A stretch of 38,072 nucleotides of DNA, taken from a virus. The DNA lies in UHGV virus genome UHGV-0213309; one strand, 5' to 3'. Positions 23,611 through 33,733 of the stretch are shown one piece after another (the stretch's first letter is position 1; every line of letters starts with the position of its first letter). The notes below the pieces were generated by a model. That model had not been told where the DNA came from and ran no database searches. It saw only the letters and a list, made by a program, of their open reading frames with translations. The position numbers and the translations under genes were made by a program.

Positions 23611-25270
23611 AGAGATTGATTATTATCTCAAATATGCCGAAGAACATCCGAAATGGATAAATAAAAAGAGAAAATTGCTGATAGAAAACATCGTGAAGCC
23701 GACATTGAAGCGAAACGATGTTTTTTTTGATGAAAAAACATATAGGAACTGTCTACAGTACTGCAAAACAAATTACTACGAACTATTTCCATTCCAAAAG
23801 TTCATTTATGCCTTTGCATTTATGTATGTGGATGACATTCCAGTATTTTCAAAGTTCTTCGTCAAGGAAGGACGTGGAAATGGTAAAGATGGATTCATCG
23901 TGCCGCTGGTAAATTTCTTTCAGACTCCGCTCTACGGAGTGAAAAATTACCATGTTGAAATTGTGGCGAACTCAGAGAGCCAGGTTAAGGACACATTCAA
24001 GGTAGCTTATGACATGCTACATGATAATCCAAAATTCAAGGGAAAGTTTTCGGTCACAAAGGAACTTATCACGAACCTGGCAACAGGATCGGAGATGAAA
24101 TACAACACTTCGAACGCAAAGACCAAGGATGGTAAGCGAACAGGATGTCTTGTCCTGAACGAAATCCATGCCTACGAGAACTATGACCAGATCAATGTAT
24201 TTGAATCCTCTTTTGGTAAGGTCAAGCATTCGAGAGAGTTTATTATCACAACAGATGGCTATGTCAGAGACGGTCCGTTGGATGAAATTTCGGCAATGTG
24301 TGCAGAAATCTTGGAGACGGGAGAGAATTTGCTAGGGTACTTCCCTTTTATTTGCGAGATTGATGACATGAAGGAAGTTGATGATCCGGAGGCATGGCAT
24401 AAGGCGAATCCGTCGATGGAATATATGCCGATTCTTGCGAATCAGATCATGCATGATTATCTGGAAATGAAGAAGATTCCGTCAAAGCGTGCTGAATTTA
24501 TTACAAAACGAATGGACAGATCGGCACGAAAGGAAGAGGAGACGGTCACAACATGGCAAAATGTCCTGAGAGCATGTTATGAAGGTGAGACAATGGAAGA
24601 ATTGGAACGCAAGATTCCGCGGATAACATTGGACACGCGAGGACAGGCAGCAGTGATTGGCATTGACTATGCGGATGTGCGAGACTTCGCATCGGCTGGC
24701 ATTCTGACCAAGACAGATGATGGAGAGTGGATATGGAGACAACACACATGGATCTGTGCAGACTCTCCGTTCATTGATTCAATCAAATTTCCGTTGCGCA
24801 ATGTCGGACAAGAAGAGTTTGAGGATTTTGAAGTTGTCCAAGGTCCGGTGATTGATGTAAATATAATAGCCGACTGGTGCATGAAACAGTTCCAAGACTA
24901 TGATGTGAAGAAAATAGCAATGGATACTTATCGCTACACGTTATTCAAGACGGCGTTTGAAGAAAGAGGTCTCACGATTGAGGATAAGAAGAACCCACAT
25001 GGCATTGTTCGGCTGGTTAGAAAGATAACGTCAGCAACAGGAATTATTGCTCCGTTTATTCAGTCTATGTTCTCACAGGGGATGATCAACTTCGGACCAT
25101 CAGCAATCATGCGGTGGTACACGAATAACACAAGCGTGAGCGAGGATAAGTTTGGAAATAAAAATTTCGGCAAGATAGAACCGAAATTGAGAAAAAATGA
25201 TGGATTTATGGCCTTCGATGTGGCTATGTTCTGCAAGGATGAGCTGGAAATTCAGATAATCTATGTTTAA
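23597..25270 (+). CDS. Terminase large subunit
   Basis: 557 aa. N-terminal ATPase region (FVKEGRGNGKDGF, LVLNEIHAYEN Walker-like) and C-terminal nuclease region. Canonical position. Confidence 0.9.
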   Translation: MVICKEIDYYLKYAEEHPKWINKKRKLLIENIVKPTLKRNDVFFDEKTYRNCLQYCKTNYYELFPFQKFIYAFAFMYVDDIPVFSKFFVKEGRGNGKDGFIVPLVNFFQTPLYGVKNYHVEIVANSESQVKDTFKVAYDMLHDNPKFKGKFSVTKELITNLATGSEMKYNTSNAKTKDGKRTGCLVLNEIHAYENYDQINVFESSFGKVKHSREFIITTDGYVRDGPLDEISAMCAEILETGENLLGYFPFICEIDDMKEVDDPEAWHKANPSMEYMPILANQIMHDYLEMKKIPSKRAEFITKRMDRSARKEEETVTTWQNVLRACYEGETMEELERKIPRITLDTRGQAAVIGIDYADVRDFASAGILTKTDDGEWIWRQHTWICADSPFIDSIKFPLRNVGQEEFEDFEVVQGPVIDVNIIADWCMKQFQDYDVKKIAMDTYRYTLFKTAFEERGLTIEDKKNPHGIVRLVRKITSATGIIAPFIQSMFSQGMINFGPSAIMRWYTNNTSVSEDKFGNKNFGKIEPKLRKNDGFMAFDVAMFCKDELEIQIIYV

Positions 25271-25285
25271 TAGGAGAAGAAGAAA

Positions 25286-26443
25286 ATGTTTGATTTTTTA
25301 TTCCAAGACAGGAACAAAGAAATACAGTCTTTGGCAGAAATCATTGCAGTTGACATGGAAAAGCTGAATCTTTCAAAGCTTGCCATCGAGAAAGCAATTA
25401 TGATGATCGCCAAGGCAATAGCGAAGTCTGACATACTGATCCAGACGGAGAGCAAAGAAAAAAACAAGAAAGAATACAGGCTAAACGTACAGCCCAATGA
25501 CCACGAATGTGGGACAGTGTTCTGGACGGAAGTGGTTAAGCAGCTGCTAACAGAACAAGAAGCTCTGATTATTCCGCTAAATGGTAAATATTACAGAGCG
25601 ACATCATGGTCACACACGAATGAAGTGATGCTGAAGCGAGTTTACAAAGATGTGATGTTAAGCTGCGGAGGTGAAAATCTTACAATTTTCAGCACATTTC
25701 AATCTGATGAAGTGATTCATCTAAGATATGACAATGCAAGGATTCGATTGTACTTACAGAATGTAGTAGGGCAATTTGATAAGACGATGGATTCCATTAA
25801 TGCAATGATGCAGCTGTCCAGCCAACCAAGATTCAAATTGAAGCTTGGAACGAATGCATTATCATTCAGAGAAAAGCAAGCAGATGGTACAGACAAGGTA
25901 ATGACAAAAGACCAGTATGTTTTAAAAATTAAAAAACTACTGACGTCAGATGCCCTTGAAGTTTTAACAGAACAAGAGAATGCATCCGTGGAACAGCTAC
26001 AAATAAATACAGCAGTGAAAGCTGAAGAACTGGCAAAGATGGCTTTGCAGATCAATAACGAGGTGGCAAATGCTTTCGATATTCCAGAGGCTGTGTTTAA
26101 TGGCAATATCACAGAAAAATCAGACGCAACAAATGAATTTATCACATATGCTGTCAGTCCGATAGCAGAAGTGATAAATGATACTTTGACAGCTTATGTT
26201 GTCGGAGAGGATGATTACTGCGGCAAAAACGAGAAAGTCATGGTATGGCTTGCGCGCTTTAAACATGTTGATGTTGTGGATAGCGCAGTAAATCTTGATA
26301 AACTCAGAGGAATTGGATTCCATCTCGATGAAATCAGAGAGATGGTCGGATATCCGTTACTCAATACAGAATTCAGTACAGAGCGAGCTCTGACAAAGAA
26401 TTACGGAGGGGAGGGAAACAGTAATGCGGCACAAGAAACCTGA
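25286..26443 (+). CDS. Portal protein
   Basis: 385 aa directly after terL. RBS TAGGAGAAGAAGAAA-ATG. HK97-like portal size and position. Confidence 0.8.
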   Translation: MFDFLFQDRNKEIQSLAEIIAVDMEKLNLSKLAIEKAIMMIAKAIAKSDILIQTESKEKNKKEYRLNVQPNDHECGTVFWTEVVKQLLTEQEALIIPLNGKYYRATSWSHTNEVMLKRVYKDVMLSCGGENLTIFSTFQSDEVIHLRYDNARIRLYLQNVVGQFDKTMDSINAMMQLSSQPRFKLKLGTNALSFREKQADGTDKVMTKDQYVLKIKKLLTSDALEVLTEQENASVEQLQINTAVKAEELAKMALQINNEVANAFDIPEAVFNGNITEKSDATNEFITYAVSPIAEVINDTLTAYVVGEDDYCGKNEKVMVWLARFKHVDVVDSAVNLDKLRGIGFHLDEIREMVGYPLLNTEFSTERALTKNYGGEGNSNAAQET

Positions 26444-26512
26444 TTCATAGGAGGTGATCCAATTATCTCGGAGCTGTCCGTTAAACAGTAATACAAAAGA
26501 AAGGAAAATAAC

Positions 26513-27283
26513 ATGGAAGCAAAGAAGTATTATTTTTTGGAGTCAAAAAATAATGTAGCAGATCTGTATATCTTTGGGGATATCACATCATGGCCGTGGA
26601 GCGAGAGTGATGTATCGGCCAGCGGAATTGTGAAGGAACTACAGAGCCTTGAAGCATCAGAAATTAATGTGCATATTAACAGCTATGGTGGCGAAGTTGC
26701 TGAAGGACTGGCAATCTATAATACGCTGAAAAACAGCGACATGAAGGTTACTACAGTCTGTGATGGATTTGCGTGTTCTGCAGCATCGGTCATTTTTATG
26801 GCAGGAGATGAGCGCGTGATCAATGAAGCCTCATTGCTGATGATTCACAATGCGTGGACATATACAAGCGGAAACGCTGAAGAGCTAAGGAAGGAAGCAG
26901 AAGATCTTGACAAGATTACTCAGGCATCAGTCAATGCTTATATGAGCAGGGTATCCATCTCGGAGGACAAAGTGAGAGAACTTATGGACAATGAGTCATG
27001 GATCACAGCGGATGAGGCTGTAGAATATGGATTTGCAACAAAGACAGAGAAAAATGATGATGATGGAATTAAGCAATCAGCTTTCGGAATCATTAGAAAT
27101 GCTGTCACCAAAACAGAAATTGCACCGGTGCAACAGGCAGAGCTAGTTGTAGATGCACACGCACTTGCAGAAGAAGTGGCAAACAAACTGAGCACAATGT
27201 TTGAAACATTGCAGACACCGAAACAGAAACACAAAGATAGTACCGGCTGGGGTATTTTTTTTGAAGGAGGAAATAAAGAATGA
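26513..27283 (+). CDS. Prohead (head-maturation) protease, ClpP-like S14
   Basis: INSYGGEVAEGLAIYNTL...GFACSAASVIFMAGDERV...MIHNAW matches the ClpP-family catalytic core. Confidence 0.85.
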   Translation: MEAKKYYFLESKNNVADLYIFGDITSWPWSESDVSASGIVKELQSLEASEINVHINSYGGEVAEGLAIYNTLKNSDMKVTTVCDGFACSAASVIFMAGDERVINEASLLMIHNAWTYTSGNAEELRKEAEDLDKITQASVNAYMSRVSISEDKVRELMDNESWITADEAVEYGFATKTEKNDDDGIKQSAFGIIRNAVTKTEIAPVQQAELVVDAHALAEEVANKLSTMFETLQTPKQKHKDSTGWGIFFEGGNKE

Positions 27284-28425
27284 GAATTGAAGATTTAAGC
27301 CAGGAAGTCAAAGATAAAGTAAAGCAGCTTCTTGATAGCGCTCCGGCAGAGGAGAAAGCAGAAGCAATCATGCAGTCAATCGAAATGATCAATGAAGCAG
27401 CACACGCTGATCTGATTCAGCAGGTAGTAGCAGAGGCAGAAAGAGCAAGCAGAGATGCTGAGTACAAGAGCAAACTCGGACTTAGAAACCTTTCGCAGGA
27501 AGAGAAGAAATTCTACGAGAACTTTAAGGACATCAAGCAGGCGTTCACAGCAAACCAGATCGACATCATTCCGACAGAGATTATTGATCGTACACTGGAT
27601 GATGTTAAGAAAGCATCGCCAATCCTGAAACTTGTAAATATGGCACCGGCAAACGTGAAGAAATGGATTGTGGCATCTCATTCAGGTGCAGCGGTTTGGG
27701 GTCCTCTTACAGACGCTATCAAAGGCGAACTTTCAGCAGAGGTAACAGCTCTGAATATTGACCTTCACAAGCTCACAGCTTACCTTATTATTCCAAAATC
27801 AATCAGAGAGCTGTCTATGGAATTCGTTGACAGATATTTCATGGCTATTCTGTCTGAGGCCATGCAGGACGGACTTGTAAAAGGATACCTCGATGGAGAT
27901 GGAAAGACAGGTCCAATCGGAATCTTTCGTCAGATTGGAACCGTAGAGTCAGACGGAACAAATAAAGCAAAAACTGTTCTCACTACGGTTACAAAATTCT
28001 CTCCGAAGGGACTTGCTCCGGTGAGAAAAACTCTTACTAATGATGGAAAACGTGTGGTTGATAAGCTCTATCTTATCTGCAATCCGTCAGACGAAGCAGA
28101 ATATGTGGATCCGTGTATGTACGGAGAGGCTCTGACAGGCGGATATGTCAACAAGTCATTCATTGACATCGAAAAAATTGTTGATGCTAACTGTCCAAAA
28201 GGAAAGGGTGCATTTACAATCGCCGGATACTACACAATGGGAACAGCAGGAGTTCGCGTTGATGAGTATGATCAGACAAAAGCGATTGAGGATGCAGATC
28301 TTATCGTAGCTAAATGCCATGCAAACGGTAGAGCTGTGGATGACAATGTTGCAGTTATTTTTGACATAACAAAACTTAAGGAGTATGTTCTCCCAGTAAC
28401 ACAGGTAACGGTGCCACAGCAGTAA
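27280..28425 (+). CDS. Major capsid protein (HK97 fold)
   Basis: ATGA overlap with protease gene. 381 aa. Coiled N-terminal delta-like region then capsid domain. Confidence 0.8.
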   Translation: MRIEDLSQEVKDKVKQLLDSAPAEEKAEAIMQSIEMINEAAHADLIQQVVAEAERASRDAEYKSKLGLRNLSQEEKKFYENFKDIKQAFTANQIDIIPTEIIDRTLDDVKKASPILKLVNMAPANVKKWIVASHSGAAVWGPLTDAIKGELSAEVTALNIDLHKLTAYLIIPKSIRELSMEFVDRYFMAILSEAMQDGLVKGYLDGDGKTGPIGIFRQIGTVESDGTNKAKTVLTTVTKFSPKGLAPVRKTLTNDGKRVVDKLYLICNPSDEAEYVDPCMYGEALTGGYVNKSFIDIEKIVDANCPKGKGAFTIAGYYTMGTAGVRVDEYDQTKAIEDADLIVAKCHANGRAVDDNVAVIFDITKLKEYVLPVTQVTVPQQ

Positions 28426-28435
28426 GGGATAAGAT

Positions 28436-28726
28436 ATGAGTAATGAAGAATTAGCCACGCTGGTAGATGAAGTACTCAAAGAGTTCCAGATTCCTCCTTA
28501 CTATGATGACGATCAATTGATCAATCTCATCAAAGAAGGAGAGTATACAGTCGGGAGATTGAATCCCGGCTGTAGTATAACGACAGATCTCACATATAGG
28601 ATGCTGCTGAAAAACTATGTATATTATGCTTACCACCACAGAGTTAGCGAATTCATGAATAATTATTCAAGCGTGATTCTTACGTGGCAAATGGAGACGG
28701 AGGTGAGTGCGAATGGCAATGCCTGA
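28436..28726 (+). CDS. Head-tail connector / DNA-packaging (gp6-like) protein
   Basis: Size, order and RBS AGTAAGGGATAAGAT-ATG. Confidence 0.55.
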   Translation: MSNEELATLVDEVLKEFQIPPYYDDDQLINLIKEGEYTVGRLNPGCSITTDLTYRMLLKNYVYYAYHHRVSEFMNNYSSVILTWQMETEVSANGNA

Positions 28727-29078
28727 GTATGTAGACGGAGTCCTTGAGATTCGCAGGATAGTAAACGAGGAATCAGAGGACTATCCGGAAGAAAAACTTG
28801 AACGCATTGGATTGAAAGTGTGGTATCGAGAACTTTCGGTGTATGACACCACCAGAGCAAAGCTTTCAGCAGATAGCGTGGAAGTGACCATGAAGCTCGC
28901 AATACCACGATTTAAAGGTGTGGATAGTAAGTGCGTCTGCATCATTGACGGAGAACAACATGAGGTCTACAACGTAGCACATACCACCACAAAAGACGGT
29001 TTCAGGGAGTCGGAATTGACATTGAAGACACCGGCATATGAAAGAGAGGTAATCGATGACACAGAAAGAACTGAGTGA
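28707..29078 (+). CDS. Head closure / head-tail adaptor protein
   Basis: Order and size. Overlapping start (GTG 28707 or ATG 28713/28719). Confidence 0.5.
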   Translation: MRMAMPEYVDGVLEIRRIVNEESEDYPEEKLERIGLKVWYRELSVYDTTRAKLSADSVEVTMKLAIPRFKGVDSKCVCIIDGEQHEVYNVAHTTTKDGFRESELTLKTPAYEREVIDDTERTE

Positions 29079-29388
29079 GATCTTGCACGATAGTGGCTGC
29101 CCTGTGAATGAGGGAGTCAGTAGTCTCAAAAATGAAAAGGTATTTCCAAGAATTGATTACTGGGAGATCATGTGGGAAGATACAATGGCATCCGGAGATG
29201 ATTATGAGAATGAGATCACATGGCAGATTAGTTTTTACGCTAGAAAGCCACGCGATCCGAAACTGATCGCACTGAAAAACCGTCTGAATGAGCTTGGCTA
29301 CCATCCGACCATTGCTCATGAATACGTGACAGAAGACCGTGTATGGCACTCTTATTTTTCAATAACAACTGATGGAGTGATTGGATGA
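29056..29388 (+). CDS. Tail-component (neck/tail completion) protein
   Basis: Order. RBS GAGAGGTAATCG-ATG. Confidence 0.5.
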   Translation: MTQKELSEILHDSGCPVNEGVSSLKNEKVFPRIDYWEIMWEDTMASGDDYENEITWQISFYARKPRDPKLIALKNRLNELGYHPTIAHEYVTEDRVWHSYFSITTDGVIG

Positions 29389-29756
29389 GTAGCGAGATAA
29401 CCTTTGACGGTGGAGGATTTGAAGATTTCGAGGAACTGTTGAAACAGTATTCCGAGAATGTAAGCTCTGACAAAGCACTTGACGCAGTGGAAGAGGGAGC
29501 GAAGGAGTTCGTTAATGACCTTCTGAGACTCCCAAAACCACGAAGTCAGATCACAAAAGCAGGGTATACGCATATCGTGAATACATTTGCACTGGAAAGA
29601 ACTGACAGCGGAATCAAAGTTGGATGGGGCAAGTATTACGGTCCAATGCTTGAGCATGGAACCAGGAAGATGGCAGCAAGGGCACACTTGAAGCCACTCT
29701 TTGAAAGAAACAAAGAAAAATACTATAAGAAGATGGCAGAATCCATCTTCGGTTAG
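29385..29756 (+). CDS. HK97 gp10-like tail completion protein
   Basis: ATGA overlap. ~123 aa. Typical position before the major tail gene. Confidence 0.55.
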   Translation: MSSEITFDGGGFEDFEELLKQYSENVSSDKALDAVEEGAKEFVNDLLRLPKPRSQITKAGYTHIVNTFALERTDSGIKVGWGKYYGPMLEHGTRKMAARAHLKPLFERNKEKYYKKMAESIFG

Positions 29757-29767
29757 GAGGCTAATAA

Positions 29768-30385
29768 ATGGCTATTAATACAAAAAAACCGGCTATGAAA
29801 CAGACAGTCGGTGCACAGTATATGTGTTTTGCAAACACAACAGAGGGTGGAGAGTACGACGGTACTTACGAAGCTGATGTTGAAAAAACAGAAGTCGTTA
29901 AGAGTGTAAAGGTAACTGAGAACTCCGAGACAAGTGATGTGTATGCATCCGGAAAAATCTATGATTCAGATTCACCGATGTCCAGCATCGACATTGAGGT
30001 ATCTGTGATCGCATTCCCGGACGATACAATATCCAAAATGCGCGGAGAGACAAAAGGAACAGGAGGACTTATCCTTGCCGGTGGAAAGAGCGAAAGACCA
30101 TTCTTCGCTTATGGCAAGGTTGTAAAACTGAAAAACGGAAAATCTCGTTATGAGTGGTTTCCAAAATGCAAGCTTGTTGAGAACTCCGATGATATTGCAA
30201 CATCTGAAGAAAAAGCAAGTGAGCAGACCGACACGATCAAGATTAGAGCATATCCGTTTGACGCAGCAGGAAACATCGTGAGCAAGGTCACAGAGTCCAC
30301 GGCACCAGAAGGACTTACAGAAGAGAAGTTCTTCGCAAAACCGATTCTGACGGATGCAGACCTTACAACAGCAGTAGGAGCGTGA
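29768..30385 (+). CDS. Major tail protein
   Basis: RBS TTAGGAGGCTAATAA-ATG. 205 aa. Position before the chaperone/TMP. TP901-1/phi13-like composition. Confidence 0.8.
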   Translation: MAINTKKPAMKQTVGAQYMCFANTTEGGEYDGTYEADVEKTEVVKSVKVTENSETSDVYASGKIYDSDSPMSSIDIEVSVIAFPDDTISKMRGETKGTGGLILAGGKSERPFFAYGKVVKLKNGKSRYEWFPKCKLVENSDDIATSEEKASEQTDTIKIRAYPFDAAGNIVSKVTESTAPEGLTEEKFFAKPILTDADLTTAVGA

Positions 30386-30389
30386 TCGC

Positions 30390-30743
30390 ATGAAATCCAA
30401 GCTGATTAAATTAACAGACGGATCGAAATTAGAAGTAAAAGTTAATTTTTACACTTTATATCTAGTGAAAATGAATGGGATTGACAAAAAACTGGACGGA
30501 AGAACAGAGGAAGATCTGACCGAAGAGGAGAATGTCGAACTTGCAGGCAAACTAATCTATGTGATTCTTCGGTCAAACGGTCTCAAAGTAGACGAGGAAG
30601 AGGCAATGATGCTGACTCCGATGGATGCCGACAGCATCCGTGAGATTTTCGAGGAGTTTGAAAAAAGACTCAACGAATATAAAAAAAAAGAACAGGCGAA
30701 GAAGTCTGTTGCTCCGAGGGCGAAGAAATCAGCGAGGCAATAG
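30390..30743 (+). CDS. Tail assembly chaperone (gpG-like), with -1 frameshift extension (gpGT-like) to 30892
   Basis: Acidic ~117 aa. A9G slippery run at 30681-30690. The -1 frame stays open to TAG at 30890-30892, just inside the TMP start. Confidence 0.75.
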   Translation: MKSKLIKLTDGSKLEVKVNFYTLYLVKMNGIDKKLDGRTEEDLTEEENVELAGKLIYVILRSNGLKVDEEEAMMLTPMDADSIREIFEEFEKRLNEYKKKEQAKKSVAPRAKKSARQ

Positions 30744-30892
30744 ACATCGACTGGGCAGAATACATGGTGTGTGCAAGAAAGATGGGAATGAGTGAAGATG
30801 AATTTTGGAACTCAGATCCTGTCTTTTTTAATGAATGCCTGGAAGTATTCACAGAACTAGAAAAACGGAAGGGAGGTGCTTTGATTGGCTAG
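30689..30892 (+). other. -1 frame extension (T-like segment) of tail chaperone reached via slippery AAAAAAAAAG
   Basis: Frame 2 reads RTGEEVCCSEGEEISEAIDIDWAEYMVCARKMGMSEDEFWNSDPVFFNECLEVFTELEKRKGGALIG with no stop. Confidence 0.6.
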
Positions 30893-33038
30893 TAATGACG
30901 GCTTGAAAACTGTCGGATTGACCTTAAAAGCAGATGGAGCGGTTGACTTTAGAAAATCACTGACAGATGTAAACAATGCGGTCAATGAGAACAGGTCAGC
31001 CTTTAAACTTGCAAAGTCTGAATGGGATAAAAGTACATCGTCAGCCGATAAACTGAGAGCGACGCAGGAATATCTACAGAATCAGACAGAAGCGTATACG
31101 CAGAAAGTCGATAGGCTGACAGAAATATTGAAGGCACAGGAGAACGCACAAGTACGAGATGAAGCTGCTATATCCAAAACAAGACAGCAGTTGGACAATG
31201 CGAAAGCATCTCTGAATAACTACAAGAGTGGACTTGAAGATGTAAACAAGAAGCTGGAAAGCGGTGCTGCGACACTGGAAGATTACTCCAAGAAGGTTAA
31301 GGACTTCAGCGATACCACCGGAAAGATTGGAAGTTCACTCACAAAGAATGTGACGGCTCCAGTTGCGGCAGCAGGCGCAGGCATCATGGCATCATGGGCG
31401 CAAGTCGATGAAGGAATGGACATCATCGTGCAGAAGACAGGAGCTACTGGCGATGCGCTGGAAGAAATGCAGGATTCCGCAAGAAATATCGCAAAAACCA
31501 TTCCAACAGACTTTGCGACAGCTGGTTCTGCTGTTGGAGAGGTCAACACACGATTCCATCTCACAGGACAAGAACTGGAAGACTTATCGGCAAAGTTTGT
31601 TCGGTTCGCCGAATTAAATGATACAGACGTATCTTCTTCCGTTGATAACACTCAGAAAGTTATTGAGGCATTCAATCTGACAGCTGAAGATGCTGGCGCA
31701 TTGCTCGACACAATGAACAAAGTCGGACAGGATACTGGAATCTCAATGGATACTCTATCCTCATCGATGGTGAGCAACGCAGCATCACTCAAGGAACTAG
31801 GGATGTCTGCAGCAGACGCTGCTACATTTCTCGGTCAGTGCGAGACGTCAGGAGTTGACACAAGTGCAGTTATGGCAGGACTTAAGAAAGCCCTTGTCAA
31901 TGCATCAAAAGAGGGCAAGAGCATGAAAGATGCGCTGTCAGAACTGCAAGATACGATGGTTAATGCAGGGAGTTCTTCTGAGGCTTACAATGCTGCGGTT
32001 GAGCTGTTCGGAGCGAAAGCTGGTCCAGCACTCGCAGAGTTCTGCCAAAGTGGAAAGTTAAACTTTGACGAATTAGGCGCATCGCTCAATGATAACCTCG
32101 GAAGTGTCAACGATACGTTTGAAGCTACACTGGATCCGGCTGACCAGTTTAAGTTGACACTGAACGAATTGAAAGATGCTGGATTTGAAGTTGGAAATGC
32201 ATTAGGACCAGTCCTTGCGGATTGTTTACATATTGTCACTCCGATTCTTCATGACATCATTGATGGTTGGAATTCACTGTCTCCTGGTACACAGGAAATG
32301 ATAATCAAGTGTGCGCTGTTGGTTGCAGCACTAGGACCCGTCTTCAGTATAATCAGCAAGGTTTCTGGTGGCGTGTCCACTGTGATTGATGTCACATCAA
32401 AGCTAACGCCAACCATCAGTGGGGCAAAAACAGCTTTCGCAGCATTTAACGCAATTCTTATGGCAAATCCAATCTTTTTGGTTATCGCAGCAGTTGTTGC
32501 GTTGATTGCAATTTTTGCATTGTTATATACAAAGTGCGAGTGGTTCAGAGACGGAGTCAATGCGGTGTTTACATCGATTCGTGATTTCATCAAGGGAGTA
32601 ATCGACAAAATCAAGGGATTTTTCAACTTTGAGTGGAAACTCCCCAAAATTAAACTTCCACATTTCAAAGCGAGTGGAGAATGGTCGCTTGTTCCGCCAA
32701 AAGTTCCAAAGTTTTCGGTTGACTGGTACGCAAACGGCGGTATCTTGAACAGCCCAACTATTTTCGGTATGAACGGAGATAGAGCAATGGGCGGTGGAGA
32801 AGCAGGAGCAGAGGCGGTTCTTCCAATTGACTTGCTGAAGACATACATCCGTGATGAGATGCAGTCCAACAATGCTGCGCTTGCACAGATGATTGCAGAG
32901 GCACTGTCAGAGCTGACATTTGTTATTGAAAATAACATTGCACTGGGCGATAAGAAGCTTGCAGAGATTCTTGCGGACGCGGTAATCAAGAAGATATCCT
33001 CCAGCGTGAAATGGAAGAAAGGAGCTGTGGGAGCATGA
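30885..33038 (+). CDS. Tape measure protein
   Basis: TTG start after GGGAGGTG RBS. 717 aa. Coiled-coil N-terminal half, central hydrophobic segments, C-terminal region. Confidence 0.9.
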   Translation: MASNDGLKTVGLTLKADGAVDFRKSLTDVNNAVNENRSAFKLAKSEWDKSTSSADKLRATQEYLQNQTEAYTQKVDRLTEILKAQENAQVRDEAAISKTRQQLDNAKASLNNYKSGLEDVNKKLESGAATLEDYSKKVKDFSDTTGKIGSSLTKNVTAPVAAAGAGIMASWAQVDEGMDIIVQKTGATGDALEEMQDSARNIAKTIPTDFATAGSAVGEVNTRFHLTGQELEDLSAKFVRFAELNDTDVSSSVDNTQKVIEAFNLTAEDAGALLDTMNKVGQDTGISMDTLSSSMVSNAASLKELGMSAADAATFLGQCETSGVDTSAVMAGLKKALVNASKEGKSMKDALSELQDTMVNAGSSSEAYNAAVELFGAKAGPALAEFCQSGKLNFDELGASLNDNLGSVNDTFEATLDPADQFKLTLNELKDAGFEVGNALGPVLADCLHIVTPILHDIIDGWNSLSPGTQEMIIKCALLVAALGPVFSIISKVSGGVSTVIDVTSKLTPTISGAKTAFAAFNAILMANPIFLVIAAVVALIAIFALLYTKCEWFRDGVNAVFTSIRDFIKGVIDKIKGFFNFEWKLPKIKLPHFKASGEWSLVPPKVPKFSVDWYANGGILNSPTIFGMNGDRAMGGGEAGAEAVLPIDLLKTYIRDEMQSNNAALAQMIAEALSELTFVIENNIALGDKKLAEILADAVIKKISSSVKWKKGAVGA

Positions 33039-33733
33039 TGGAAGTAGAATACAACGGAATATCAGGCTCAAGCATGGAGATCTATGCGAAAGAGCTTCCT
33101 TCAATGCCAACAGCAGTAAGAAAAGAATCTTCGATAGAAATACCGGGGAGTGATGGAACCATGTATCTGCTGGATGGGGGCTACGAATCAACAGAGATTA
33201 AGATATCATTCAATTTTATAGGAAAGAGTGAAGATTGGGAGAATCGTCTTGGAAAAGCACGAAAGTGGCTGTCGGGAAGAAATAAGAAGCTAAGACTTGG
33301 GACAGATCCAGGACATTTTTACAAAATCCTGAAAGTTCAGATGGACGAAGCAGAACATACAAGTGAGAGAATCTGCAATTTTACAGCAACCTTCACAACA
33401 AAGGATGGTCTGCGGTATCTGGACAAGGGACAGCATCCTCATTCGGCGGAAGAAGTGAAGAGGAATCCATACGAGATATCTTACCCAATTTACAAGATTT
33501 ATGGAGAAGGAAGATGCAGCTTGATGGTCAATGGGAAGAGAATGGAAGCTGATGTTGGACAGAATCTGACGATTGATACAGACAGAAAGCTGGCTTACCG
33601 CGAAGATGGAACACTGAGCAATACAGCGGTATTTGGGGATTATGACGATCTTGTGCTACAGGAAGGAATGAATGATATAGCAATCACAGATGGATTCGAG
33701 CTGGAAGTGATTCCAAACTGGAGGTGCTTATGA
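33035..33733 (+). CDS. Distal tail protein (Dit)
   Basis: ATGA overlap with TMP stop. ~232 aa siphovirus tail-component family, positioned after the TMP. Confidence 0.75.
   Translation: MMEVEYNGISGSSMEIYAKELPSMPTAVRKESSIEIPGSDGTMYLLDGGYESTEIKISFNFIGKSEDWENRLGKARKWLSGRNKKLRLGTDPGHFYKILKVQMDEAEHTSERICNFTATFTTKDGLRYLDKGQHPHSAEEVKRNPYEISYPIYKIYGEGRCSLMVNGKRMEADVGQNLTIDTDRKLAYREDGTLSNTAVFGDYDDLVLQEGMNDIAITDGFELEVIPNWRCL

Noticed and set aside
32249-32989. 246-aa antisense ORF inside the tape measure gene (and similar minus-strand ORFs throughout the structural module)
   Set aside because: Lies entirely within a high-confidence plus-strand gene. Ser/Ala-rich low-complexity translation. No RBS. 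Typical antisense artefact of GC-rich coding DNA.
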